Shown here: piece after piece, positions 50,500 through 63,723 of the stretch | How positions within the stretch are numbered: the stretch's first letter is position 1 | How the letters are laid out: each line of letters begins with the position of its first letter | Assembly: GCF_006345805.1 (NCBI RefSeq) | Contig: NC_042998.1 | Coordinates: forward strand, 204,538,001-204,602,000 | Length of the DNA stretch: 64,000 nt | Origin: Octopus sinensis | Taxonomy: Eukaryota | Direction of reading: 5' to 3' | The notes under the pieces: generated by a model | The model's database searches: none | Told to the model about the DNA's origin: nothing | The model's input: only the letters and a program-made list of their open reading frames with translations | Translations under genes and position numbers: made by a program

Positions 50500-51094
50500 T
50501 ACTCTGATATAAGAAAGCATTCTCGCTATAACTGCCACGAAAGGTGTATTTTCTGTCACAAAAAGGTTAAAAAAACAATTAGGTGGATGAGGAAGAGATT
50601 GTTGGAGGTTGGCAAGAGAAGTTTTCGGAGGTTGGCGAGAAAGATTGTCGGAGGTTGGTGAGAGAGTTTATATAAATATATGAATGAAGTGTTTGAAGAA
50701 AGAGCAATAATAATGTTCACACTCACTGATGGTCGCTCTCACTAACTGCCTTTAGCTTACGGAGTTCTTGTTTTTATAACTATCGAAAAGCAGCCAGAAG
50801 GATAGACATATTGTTGAGAACAAATGATTTCGTTTGAGGTCTGTTATCTCCATTCCAGCCAGTAGTTGCCTAGAAGAGGTTAGAAATGTCAAGCGGCAAA
50901 GACATTATTCTGCTTAGAGAAAGCATCTTACTCACAGGTCAAGTTTCATCAAAATCAATAAAACGATGTAGGAGGAGTTGGCTAACAACGCCACAAACAA
51001 ACACACACCGATTTTCCACATATGTAGTACATATATATATATATACTTCGCATGCTTTTGGATTTACCATAACCTGCCTGTCGAGGCAAGGTAT

Positions 51095-51268
51095 TGTAAC
51101 GTAACGGTAAATAAACACTTTCTTAAAACTTCATGCATTGTTCATCTTTCACATCCTACAGTATGAAAGCATAACCAACAAATAATTATCGTCACAACTG
51201 CTGACACCGACAAATAATAATAAGGTTTACCAAACCAATCTCTGCCGTTACAACTGGTGACCCTCGAC
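51095..51268 (+). mobile_element. Short LTR (158 bp) plus primer-binding site, Ty3/Gypsy-like remnant
   Basis: TGTAACG...CGTTACA termini (51095-51252), then AC, then TGGTGACCCTCGAC, which is complementary to the tRNA-Trp 3' end with one extra T. Confidence 0.6.
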
Positions 51269-52372
51269 TTCAACCGTAATATTGTGTACCAAATAAATAT
51301 TACCCGTTTCACATCTCACCGAAATATTACGGGTGTAGAAATATGTTGAAACAATTGTATTGATTTTGAATAAAGAATGTCGTTCATTTCATTTCTATCA
51401 TTTATCTACACACACACAGTTATACATACACACATACATACATACATACATACATACATACAAACATTCATACATACAAACATACATACATACATACATA
51501 CGTACGTACGTACGTACGTACATACATACATACATACATACATACATACATACATACATACGTACATACATACATACATACATACGTACATACATACATA
51601 CATACATGCATGCATACATACATATGTACGTACGTTCATACATACATACATACATAACTACATACATACGTACATAAATACATACAATACATACATACAT
51701 ACATACATACATACGTACGTACGTACGTACGTACATACATACATACATACATACGTACGTACGTACGTGCGTGCGTGCGTGCGTGCGTGCGTGCGTGTGT
51801 GCGTGCGTGCGTGTGTGTGTGTGTGCGTGTGTGTGTGTGTGTGGTGTGTGTGTGTGTGGTGTGTGTGTGTGTGTGTGTGTATGTGTTGTTAAACGAAGTC
51901 ATTGAGTTAAGAGATAGGTAGATGATAATAGATAAAGAATTCTGATCATATTTATTTGGAGGAAGAATTTTAAGGAATCTAAGATATTTCAGAAACTAAA
52001 TCAAAAGAGTTTTTGGCCTGAAGGGGAGAGAAGGATGGAACAAAATACTAGAAGACAATCTACCATTATTAACTCTCACCTCGCCATATCCGTGTCTTGT
52101 TTGTTAAAATATTGATTTCCTACTTTGAAAGAAGTCTGACATATTTAATTGAACGAAGCTCAGTATGTGACTAACGACAATTGACGGAGCCCTTGAGTGT
52201 TTGGTCTACCGGCGAGAAACAGCAGGCAGACGACAGGCAAAATCACATCTTAATCCATTAAGAAACGAAAGGACACATTAGACTATGTGGTCCATAAAAG
52301 CAAAACCGTACTCCCGAAACTCAGTGGACACGCTAGGTATGTTTTATATTGTAGGTCTGTTGGGTGTTAAAC

Positions 52373-52859
52373 CAGCGGTTCTCGACCTTTTTAAGATCCG
52401 GGTCAGATCCGAAACCTGGATTTTTTTTTAGTAGGCTGCACCAAAACAAAGTAAAATACATGTCAATTATCACGTGATCACGTGACCGACCAGGCTATCA
52501 GATGTTGCTGCGCATCGCTGGTCACAATGCGTTCGCATTGTTTTAGCCTTCGAATGACGCCACCCCGCTGGCTAAGCGAGCAGGCCAACAGAAGAAAGAG
52601 TGAGAGAAAGAGTGGTGAAGGAGTACAGCAGGGATCACCACCCCCTGCCGGGGCGTCGTGGAGCTTTTAGGTGTTTTCGCTCAATAAACACTCACAACGC
52701 CCGGTCTGGGCCATTGCGCCTAACCACTGGGCCATTGTGCCTCCACATGTCAATTATAGAAACATTTATTATATTTATAGAGAGAAAACTGTCAAGGGTC
52801 GCCGGAAAGATGCTTGACCGTTGCAAGCGGCCCCTGAGAGACGCGGTTGAGAACCACTG
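52373..52859. mobile_element. hAT-like MITE with a nested third SINE family (about 52480-52745, minus)
   Basis: TIR-like CAGCGGTTCTCGACC / GGTTGAGAACCACTG; no clean 8-bp TSD. The SINE tail recurs at 29700-29810 and 55335-55405. Confidence 0.6.
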
Positions 52860-53195
52860 AGGTGAAACTACAACATGAACCACAAAGAAACAACTACAAC
52901 AACAACAGCAACAACTACAACAATAACAGCAGGAAGAACAACAATTAGAACACAAATAACAACAACTGTAACAACAGCCAGAAGCCGTGTAGCGAAGCGG
53001 AAAGTCTCAATTGATGATGTTTAATAGGGTAATAAAGAGACATCTGACTAATTACTATAGGGAGACATTAATCATTAGTATCACGTGACTAACCTCCCCA
53101 TCCCATTTTATTGATTGGATATTGGGAAAGCCTTATCAATAGCATTGTATTCGACATTGCGATACACACATCAATGAGTCAATGAAGTAACCGTT

Positions 53196-53365
53196 ATGAA
53201 GAAGAAGAAGAAGAAGAAGAAGAAGAAGAAGAAGGAGGAGGAGGAGGAGGAGGAGAAGAAGAAGAATAAGGAGAAGGAGGAGGAGGAGAAGAAGAAGGAT
53301 GAGGAGAGGAAGAAAGAGGAGGAAGAGGAGGTGGTGGAAGGAAAGAAGAAGAAGAAGACGAAGGA

Positions 53366-53396
<31 letters not shown>

Positions 53397-53643
53397 AAGA
53401 AAGAGGAGGAGGAGGAGGTGGTGGAAGGAAAGAAGAAGAAGACGAAGGAGGAGAAGGATGAGGAGAGGAAGAAAGAGGAGGAGGAGGAGGAGGAGGTGGT
53501 GGAAGGAAAGAAGAAGAAGACGAAGGAGGAGGAGGAGAAGGATGAGGAGAGGAAGAAAGAGGAGGAGGAGGAGGAGGTGGTGGAAGGAAAGAAGAAGAAG
53601 AAGAAGAAGAAGAAGAGAAGAAGAAGAAGAAGAAGAAGAAGAA
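53196..53643. repeat. Polypurine (GAA/GAG) tract with a higher-order unit
   Basis: GAGGAGGTGGTGGAAGGAAAGAAGAAG occurs four times within a near-pure purine strand. Confidence 0.95.
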
Positions 53644-53656
53644 ATAATAATGATAA

Positions 53657-53930
53657 TTAGCTTGGGAGGTTAAGCAGTTGTGGTCGATGAAGAAGGTGGT
53701 AGTAGTAACAATAATTGTCGGAGCCCTGGGAACAGTGAGCAAAAATCTCAAGGAGTACGTGGAACAAATAATGGCTGCAATAAGGGTGGATCACTTGCAG
53801 AAAACAGCACTGCTTGGAACCGCTCGAATGCTCTGGAAGGTGCTCGAAAAATAAGGGGTGTTACCTTAGTTCACAGGTAGTGAACATGTGACACTGTTGT
53901 ACATCTCTAGTGTTAGAAGCTGAGCAAAGG
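53657..53930 (+). mobile_element. R4/Dong-type 3' end with (CAA)n(TAA)n tail
   Basis: 65 open codons LAWEVKQLWSMKKVVVVTIIVGALGTVSKNLKEYVEQ..LQKTALLGTARMLWKVLEK* (53657-53854), a short UTR, then trinucleotide repeats. Confidence 0.85.
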
Positions 53931-53972
53931 CAACAACAACAACAACACAACAGCAACAACAACAACAACAAC

Positions 53973-54027
<55 letters not shown>

Positions 54028-54728
54028 GGATTTGATAAAATAAACACCGATTATAGAGATCAACTGTAAATGAATGCATATGTATGTGTGTTTGTGTACG
54101 CATGTATACACACACACGCATGCACACACGTAGATATTCTTCTATATTCCTGTGTAGGCATTATACCCGGTCAGAGTGTTACCGACAGTTTCGCGCTGAC
54201 TATTGCACATGGCAGTATTGACGACTTTTGGAACATGTTGGTCTGAAGCATAAAGCCTCATCGAAAAAAGTGACGAAAAATTGTAACATTTTCCAGCAGA
54301 GAAAGAAGATTAACCTGTCATGGGAGAACATCAGTTATGGCCGCAGGAGATCAGCTAAGCATTTGTACACGTTTTCCGTTCTCTGGTTAGGTAAAAGGGA
54401 CAACTACGTTGCCAAAACGTACTCTGTACCATGAAGGCAGCAACGAAATATTTTGCTTTTTAAATTCAAGATGGCACTCAGATCATTTGAATTTTCTTAG
54501 AATGATTCTTCTCTCGGCCAAACAAAGATTGCATCACCTACTTCCATTCAGATATGACCCAGGCTGTTCCAGCAATTTCCAATTGACTTAATCGCCTTAT
54601 ATAGCTGCAAACACTGCACCTCTCTCAGATCCTAAAAGGGGACTTGGGATTATTTAACCTGGCCTTAGACGATCCTTTGTTGCAGCAACATATTTTTGTG
54701 TATGTGTCCCTCTGTTGTTGTTAAGCTA

Positions 54729-54791
54729 CGTCGGAACCGGGTGTAGGGGTGAAAGACCAATCGAGCCGTCTTGTATCTGGTTCCCTCCGAA
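54729..54791 (+). pseudogene. 63-nt 28S (LSU) rRNA fragment
   Basis: CGTCGGAACCGGGTGTAGGGGTGAAAGACCAATCGAGCCGTCTTGTATCTGGTTCCCTCCGAA aligns without gaps to the conserved LSU segment GGGTATAGGGGCGAAAGACTAATCGAACCATCTAGTAGCTGGTTCCCTCCGAA (reference recalled from memory). Confidence 0.8.
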
Positions 54792-57700
54792 CACAGCCTC
54801 TGTGTTGTATTAAACATTCATTGGGTATTTATTGCTAAACGCATGCAATGATGAATACAAATACATACATATATACATGCACACACACACACGCCTATAC
54901 GCATACCCCACACGCAAACACATATAAACACATATATACACAGACACACGTACACACAAGCACCCATATGCATACAATCACACACAAACGCACATACACG
55001 CACACACACACATACACATACACTTGTGTGTGTCCCCCACATGCAGACAAACATACACATATTTAGTGGAAGACACAAGATATAGAACAACAAAAAATGT
55101 CAATTACTCAGAGACGAATACAAAATAGTTAAATTAGTGCCAACATAATGTATTGAGTATTAAAAAAAACAATTAGTTTGTAGCGAGGAAAATGCAATTA
55201 ATGACATTTTAATCATTGAGCTCTTGAGCAAGACTCTTCATTTCACGTTGCTCCTCTTCACCCAGTTGAGAATGGCTAAGCCTGCGACTGACTAGATTTT
55301 CCATCAGAATACTGACACCAGCAGGCATCAGTCGAAAGCTAAAACAATAAAAAGTGCAATGTGACCAGCGATGCATAACAAAATCCTACAGTCTGGTCGA
55401 TCACGTCAGGTATGTATGTATGTATGCATGTTTGTATGTATGTATGTATGTATGTATGTATATATGTATGTATGTATGTGTGTATGTATGTATGTGTGTA
55501 TGTAGGCGTGGCTGCGTGGTTAGGAGCTTGCTCCCCAACTACATGGTTCCAGGTTCGGTCCCACTGCGTGGCACCTTGGGCAAGTGTCTTCTACTATAGC
55601 CTCGTATCGACCAAAGCCTTGTGAGTGGATTTGGTAGACGGAAACTGAAATTAGTCCGGTCAACATTCACTCACTCACAACCACTTCTAGTTTTTAACTA
55701 AATTAGATGATGTTTACATTTTTAGATTGGTCACATCCTAAGCTACATTTTCAGCTACAAAATCTGAAAATTGCTTCGGTAAAAAAAAGTTTCAGTAAAA
55801 TATGTGAGGTCAGAAAATGGGAGATTAACGTCTGAAATCGATTTTGAGTCCAATTTTTTCTTCTAAGAAATCTATATTTTATTCTAGCTTATATGATAGA
55901 TCTCGACGACAGGAATCTATCCATTTTAGTTATAAGCAAAAATGTTCAGTAGAAAAAAAGTACTGAGGTGAAAAAAGAGGAGATTAATGCCTGGAATCGA
56001 CTTTGTCTCTACATATTATTCTTTCAAAAGAAAACTAAATTTAAATTTCACTTTTCTGATAGCTCTTGACTACAGGAATCCCATGTTGCTAATTATATAC
56101 TTTGATACTTTGATAGGTTTCGGCCATTATTGGCCCAGGCCATGTCTAACTTAATAGCACCACAATAAAATAATAAAACTACTGGGGCCAAATGTGCCGA
56201 AAACAGTGGTAATGCCAAAAAGCAAATTCAAAACCTAAACATTTTGTTTTTGTGTAGAAATTTTGTTTTCGTTTAGCTCATATGATAGAACTCATCAAGA
56301 CGAATGCCGTGGTGCTAATCTTTTCCAAAAATATTCAAAATGAAAAGAACTTATTATATAAACTAAATGTGCCAAAAGTACGTAAAACAATTTTCAAGTA
56401 AGATTATTACTTGTTACTAAGTACTAAGGCGACTAGCTGGCTGAGTCGTTAACATGAAGGGCGAAGGTTTCGCGACAATTCATCTGTTTCTACATTCTGA
56501 GTTCAAATTCAGCCAAGGTCGTCTTTGCCTTTTATCTTTTCGGTACTCTATAGAATGAGTATCAACTGAGGTCGATGTAATCAGCTTCCCTCCGCTCCAG
56601 ATTTGATGACCTCCTGCCAAAACTGGAAACCAATATCGCAAAATGTTTGATTCAATTCAGTATTTCGGTATTTTGCAAAAATCTACCTCATTTTCATAGA
56701 ATACACTCTATTGTAATAAATATACTTAAGGTCAACGCTCGCGACCACCTCTAAGCTATGTCCATTATAACCTTCGAACAGGGGAGGTCAGCCGCTTCCT
56801 ATATTTTGTCCTATATTTCTGAACTGCCACATTAGCTTGGCGATAACTATTAATATCCAGTACCGCTGTCGTAGTCTCTTTTAGAGAGACTTAGAAATTC
56901 TAATATTTCTATTAATATTCACTATTATATAGAAATTCATTTTTCATAATGAATTTCCGCACTTCCTGTTTTGGCGCGTTCCTATTATGCATTTGGTTTC
57001 AATATAAACATTTTATATACAGTGGATTACATTTCTCATTATCCTAAAAAATCATTAATTTTAAAGGAAATAAATATACAGGCAGGCTTCATTTAATTAA
57101 CACAAAACAAGCACCCATTTATTTATAATAAATATCGCTTACATGCTTTAATTTTGATGCTTCTCTTTATTGGTGGTGGTGGTGGGGGGGGGGGGGCATT
57201 GAATACAGGGCCTGATAATAATAATGAAGAATAAATAATATGAGGAATACTGAATTGAATGACGAAGAAATGTAGAAAAATTTAAACAAATACGAAACGA
57301 AACTCTGTCCACATAACTTTTTCTTGTTTTTAGAATTTAAGAAAAAATATGTGAATATTAAACAACATAAAATTCTTATCGAAATTCAATCCTCAACAAT
57401 GAAATGTTTTTTAACAAAAGAATATTTATTAGTTTTATTGCATTGCCTGGAAAAAAAAAGGTGGATTACAATGAAAACTGCGGGTGCCTGCATGATAATA
57501 TTCTTCAGTTATTACACCCGGAAAACAACGGAACAAGATTTCTTCAGTAGAATTTGCCAAATTCTTCACCTTTAAAAGAAACTAAAAAGTACTTAAAATT
57601 AAAATTCTGCTGTACTTAAAATATTGCAGCCGAGAATAACGTTTTTAAAATTAAAAGAAATTATATTAAGTAAATTTGAGATGATTTATTTTATTTATTA

Positions 57701-58772
57701 TGAGAATCTAAAAACAAATAAATCTTTAAAAATATGGTACGAAAATAATCAAATATAAATTAAAAAAAAATTTTTTTAAAAACCGTGTCTTTTGAAATAT
57801 GCAATTAAGATAGTCATTTTATTTGTATCAAGTACAAACAATAAAAAATGAAGTTGTAAATAACACAGGACTTTTTTTCATTTGAATTGAAATCGCATTA
57901 GAAAGAAAAAACAAAACGTTGATTGCCGTAGAATGGCCATACGTTCAGTCAATTCATCCACATTAAAAAAAAAATTAATCTGACAAATAAATCATAAGTA
58001 GAATTTATTAATTAGCATTAATTAGCCTGATTCGTCTTTGGCTAATTCGTTACTTTACCGAATTCGTCACTTTCAATTTTCTCCTAGGGATGACTCGGCG
58101 AATTCTTTTTTATTTTTTTAGAAATTTATTTTATTTCTTTTTTCAAAATACTGCTTTTTCCAAAAATAAGCCCATGGGCTTAAATACAGGCTTAAATAAG
58201 TACAGGGCTTTAAAAAATAAGTACTGGGGTCGATTCGTTCAACTAAAATTTCTTCTTCAAGGCAGAGTTCCAGTATGGCCGTAGTCCAATGACTGAAAGA
58301 AGTAAAAGAGAAAGGATAGGATATGTATGCGTATCTCTGCGCATGCGTATATCTAGCTTTTCTCTTTACAAACACACCCACACTGTTTGTCAAGCGGAGG
58401 GGGGAGGCACACACACACACACACACACACAACACACACACACACACACATACACACACACACACACACACTTACGTTACGTGCGTGTGTAGAGGAGACG
58501 CCATTTATTATAATCATGGTTGAGACTTATTCTTATCAAAATTAGTGGGTCTCAAACTTTATTGAAAATGAATTCAAAATTATCCGCTTATTAGAATCAA
58601 AGGACCAAATATTCTCGTATGCCCCGGTTAACGTTATCAACTGGTTTCTGTTATCGTCCCAAAAAGATTACTATAAACTTCTCGCACGACGAATGAATTT
58701 TTATTAAATTAATATTGATCTTGGCGGGAAAACATTACAGTTCGGTGTCACGTGAGTAATGTCGCAGACATT

Positions 58773-58816
<44 letters not shown>

Positions 58817-59649
58817 CGTGGGCCTCGGTTACTTTTATTTCCTCTCAAATCACGAAATAACCGACGAAGAGAGTAAGATTTCTACGGATAGCATTTTGTG
58901 TGGTGAAATTCTGTGAAATTCTGCCTTTGTCGGTCGGTCGGTCGTTGGCCGTTATTATCAACTGCATTCTCCAGGGACGATAGAGGAATGTCTGTGCAGA
59001 GATCAATAACAGAGCTTTGTAGAACGTGGAACCTATAAATATATTTATTAGAATATGGAACGAGTTTTATTGATAAAGGAACAAAAAAGGCAGATCTGTT
59101 TAATAAAAAAATAAATACAATACGGGGGGAAGGGGCCGCTGGGGGCCGGGAAGAGAAGAAATACATAACATTTTTGGACAGAGCTTGGCATCGGAAATTA
59201 CTCATGAGGTCACCACTGCTTTCTTGTAATTTTATAATTCTCTGTAGCAGCTTCCAAAGGTGCATCCACGTGGTCGCTCGTTCTACTAGAAATAGCAACC
59301 AAATTTCTTATATTTTTAAAAAAGGAATAACAACACATTGAATAAGAGTTCTAGATACTATTCCCTTTGTAAAAATAAAATAGATGGCCGCGGTTGGAAT
59401 GCCGTAGATCGGTCTGTTCGATCAAAGTAAGCCTCGGGCTTTTAAATAGCAAAAATTAATATAATAGAGGCGTAGGCGCGGCTGTGTGGGAAAATGTTTA
59501 TTTTTCAATTACATGGTTCATGGTTCTGCGTTCAATCCCACTGCGTGGCACTTTGGCCAAGTGTCTTCTACTATAGACACGAGCCGACCAAAGCCTTGTG
59601 AGTGGATTTGGTAGACGGAAACTAAATGAAGCTTGTCACACATACACAC

Positions 59650-59740
59650 ACGTATATATGTATGCATGTATGTATATGTGTATGTATGTATGTATGTATG
59701 TATGCATGTATGTATGTATGTATGTATGTATGTATGTATG

Positions 59741-59774
<34 letters not shown>

Positions 59775-59808
59775 TGCATGCATGCATGTATGTATGTGTG
59801 TATGTATG

Positions 59809-59840
<32 letters not shown>

Positions 59841-60128
59841 CATGCATGTATGTATGTATGTATGTATGTATGTATGCATGTATGTATGTATGTATGTATG
59901 TATGTATGTATGTATGTATGTATGCATATATGTATGTATGTATGTATGCATGCATGTATGTATGTATGTATGTATGTATGTATGTATGCATGCATGCATG
60001 TATGTATGTGTGTATGTATGTATATATGTATGTATGTATGTATGCATGCATGTATGTATGCATGTATGTATATATGTATGTATGTATGTATGTATGCATG
60101 CATGCATGTATGTATGTGTGTATGTATG

Positions 60129-60162
<34 letters not shown>

Positions 60163-60404
60163 TGTATGCATGTATGTATGTATGTATGTATGTATGTATG
60201 TATGTATGTATGCGTGTATGTGTGTATGTATGTATGTATGCATGTATGTATGTATGTATGTATGTATGTATGTATGTATATATGTATGTATGCATGTATG
60301 CATGCATGTATGTATGTGTGTATGTATGTATATATGTATGTATGTATGTATGCATGCATGTATGTATGTGTGTATGTATGTATGTATGCATGTATGTATG
60401 TGTG

Positions 60405-60438
<34 letters not shown>

Positions 60439-60450
60439 TGTATGCGTGTA
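59650..60450. repeat. About 800-bp (TATG)n expansion inside a SINE-A copy
   Basis: SINE-A head at 59471-59640 and tail at 60460-60665 flank the tract. Confidence 0.97.
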
Positions 60451-61517
60451 TGTGTTTGTATTTATGTTTGCCCTCGTCCCTACCACTTCACAAACGATGT
60501 TGGTTTGTTTACGTCTGCGTTACTTAGCGATTCGGCAAAAGGAGATCGATAGAATAAGTACTAAGTTTAAAAACGAGTACGAAGATTGAGTTGTTCGGCT
60601 AAATCTTCGCAGGCAGTACTCCAGTATGGCCGCAGTCTAAAGACTGAAACAGGTAAAAGATAAAGAATAAGAATTGGATGCTACTTTCAGAAGGAAGAAC
60701 ATGGCAAGTTGTAAAAGACTTGGCTTTTTCTAAAGTAAAACAAAGTAATAGTTTCGAATTTTGGCACAATGCCAGTAATAGTTTCAAGTTTTGACACAAG
60801 GCTAGTCGATCACATTGAACTCAGTATTCACCTGGTACTTATTTTATCGATCTCGAAAGGATGAAAGGCAAAGTCAACCCTGGGTGAATTTGAACTGAGA
60901 ACGTAAAGACAGAAGAATCGTTTCTACTCGACGCAGAGACGATTCTGCCAGCTGGCCGCTTTGACTTTTAAGAACACTAGCAGTATCGCCCGGCGTTGCT
61001 CGGGTTTGTTTCGACCCTTTAGAATTGGAATTTTTGAAAAGTAAAAATTTTGCATTATGTAGCTTGTTATTCTCTTTAAGGGAACATTTTTCTGGTTGAA
61101 ATACACCAAAAAAATGGCGACATCCGAAAGGATGAAAGGCAAAGTCGACCTCGGCGGAATTTGAACTCGGAACGTAACGGGAGACGAAATACCGCTAAGC
61201 ATTTCGCCCGGCGCGCTAACCACTCTGCCAACTGGCCGCCTTGTGTTTCTCTATATAGCATAACATCGGGCGCAGCGCTAAGGACAACAGTCTTCTCTGG
61301 ACAGAAACTGACCAACAATATGCAAGTAGTCTCTTAAGTTATGTTCCTTCATTTTATTGCGACAAGACTGTGCGCTCAGAAGTTTGCTTCCCGACCACAT
61401 GGTTCCGGGTCCAGTCCCACTGCGTGGTACCTTCAGCAAGTGCCTTCTGCTGTACTAAATCCACTCACAAAGCTTTGCGAATAGATTTGTTACATGGAAA
61501 CTGCAAGAAGCCCGTTG

Positions 61518-61569
<52 letters not shown>

Positions 61570-62096
61570 TCTCTCTCTCACTCTCTCTCTCTGTATGAAT
61601 GTGTGTTTGTCGCCCGCCACCACTTGATAACCGTTGTTGACCATTTTACGTCCTCATAAATTAGTGGTTTGGCAAACGGATATCGATAGAATAGGTACAG
61701 GCTTTAAACAAAAAAAAAATGCTGTGTTGATTCGTTCGACCAAAATCCTTCAAAGCAGTGCTCCAGCATGGCTGCTATCTAATGACCGAAACAACTAAAA
61801 GATAAACAATAAAACTAAAGACAAACAATAACAAAAAAGGTCGGCGAGAGCGTTCGGTGCGATGAAAGGTGAGATTAGCTATGTATTTAACACACAGAGG
61901 AAGTTTTCGTCTTCTAATTACTTGGATAATCTTAGTTAATCACACTTTTTCAACTGATGGTATTACATATGTCAGATAAGAACTATTACAGTGACGAAGC
62001 ACAAGTGTTGTGACGCGGTCCGCCCCGGGCGGCGCTTTTGGGTCTGTTGTAGGCAATATGTGTTTTTTGCGGGGTCCGAGGGCGGGAAACGGAAAG

Positions 62097-62655
62097 GCCG
62101 CCTGGGCGCGAAATTTTTTTTCCAACGAGAGTTCCGGATCCCAGTTATAAACTCATTTGCATACAGCCAACTATCAATTTATGAGCGCATCGCAAGTGAT
62201 GGGGGATAAGATAAGGTCACTTGGGGAAGGAATGACCATGCTTCTTTTCTCTTTCAATAATGCTTGTTGTTCTTGTTCTTGTTCCAACCATGGCTGCCTC
62301 TGCGTAGTTATTTGTGCTGTTGTTGTTTACTTTGTAAAGCAGTAAGGGGAGAGGGTTGCTAGCACATCACCCTCTACCCACATTTCTCCCATCCACATCT
62401 TTACCATATGGGGCCCTAACAAAATCCGATAATAGGTACAGATCCAAATCTAATAACTTGTCTCCTTCTAAAATCGGGCATAATTTAGCGATCGGTCGAC
62501 TTACAACACCGTTCTTCGTCTTGAGTTTCCTTGGTAGAGTGTGTTTGTTAACTTTTCAACAAGGTCAAGGTGAGCTCTGGTTGACTTTATGCAAATGAGT
62601 TCATTACTGGGGATCTGAACTCTTGTGGGAAAAAAAATTTAGCGCTCCAGGCGGC
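62097..62655. mobile_element. MITE-like element with about 75-bp inverted arms
   Basis: 62097-62171 versus 62580-62655 are inverted at roughly 80% identity by eye. Confidence 0.7.
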
Positions 62656-63581
62656 ACACACTCTAGCTACGCTAATGTAACCACGTGACAAGGGAGCCTT
62701 TTTCTGAACACACGACCGTTTAGAAATACTAACCACATCTTTAAAGCAAACTTTACTGTTTTAAATAAGCGAATAAACCCCTGTTGATTAATATAAGCAA
62801 CCTGTTGCGTCTTTGATTACAGGTGAGCAGCGTTGAACAGCAGCAACAACAACGATTGCAACAACAATCGCTCTTCGCCGATTACACATCAAATTTTTGA
62901 TACAATGTCCGACGTTATATTTCCGTCTGTTTGTCTTGGACGGCGAACAGGTAGAAACGTCAGCACCCCGGGGCGAAATGCTTTGCAGAATTCCGCCTGT
63001 CTCTACGTTCTGGGTTCAAATTCCGCCGAGGTCGGCTTTGCTTTTATTTTTTCCAGAGTCGATAAAATAAGTACCAGTTGTGTACTGCGACCATTCAACA
63101 GAGTTTTCACTACCCCGAAATTGCTGGCCTTGTGCCCAAATTTGAAACCAGTATTATTTTTTAGTTTATTGTTAAAGAAAGAAAGAAAGAAAGAAGGAAA
63201 GAAAGAAGGAAGGAAGGAAAGAAATAGATCTATCGGTTTATTCACAGGAATCTATAAGCAAGACAGTCGGTAAGAATGTGATCGATAGTGCAAAGTGGGT
63301 CAGATTTGAAAACTAATCAAATCGAGGCAAGAATTGTATCAGAATTTTGTTTTATGGAAATTTTGTAAAGAAATCAAGTTTGCTTTTTATATTAAAGCAA
63401 TTATTTCGTATTTCATTCACCTTTTACAACTAAAATGCATATAGACAGACATAAATACACACAGATACACGATCGCGAGCATACAAACACACACACACAC
63501 CCATACTCTAACTTTGGAAGTATACTTTTACTAACATAGGTAAACAGTCACTGATGATATTAAACATTTTTACACATACAC

Positions 63582-63660
<79 letters not shown>

Positions 63661-63723
63661 GATCGATCGATCGATCGATCTATCTATCTAAGTAACCCTC
63701 TGTTCCTTTCGCTTGTATTTTAA

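Noticed and set aside
50106-50661. ORFs spanning the N run
   Set aside because: Artefacts of the gap and CT-rich repeats.
53194-53751. K/E-rich, R-rich and P/S-rich ORFs
   Set aside because: Stop-free only because the tract is GAA/GAG repeat; no splice or domain support.
58882-59298. 138-aa minus ORF
   Set aside because: Alternative start codon, no motif, no splice support, composition typical of non-coding DNA.
59518-60589. Longest ORFs in the track (245-322 aa, MYVC/HTYI repeats)
   Set aside because: Translations of a (TATG)n microsatellite. The same applies to 25705-26168, 33270-33846, 34144-34590, 49563-49991 and 51360-51902.
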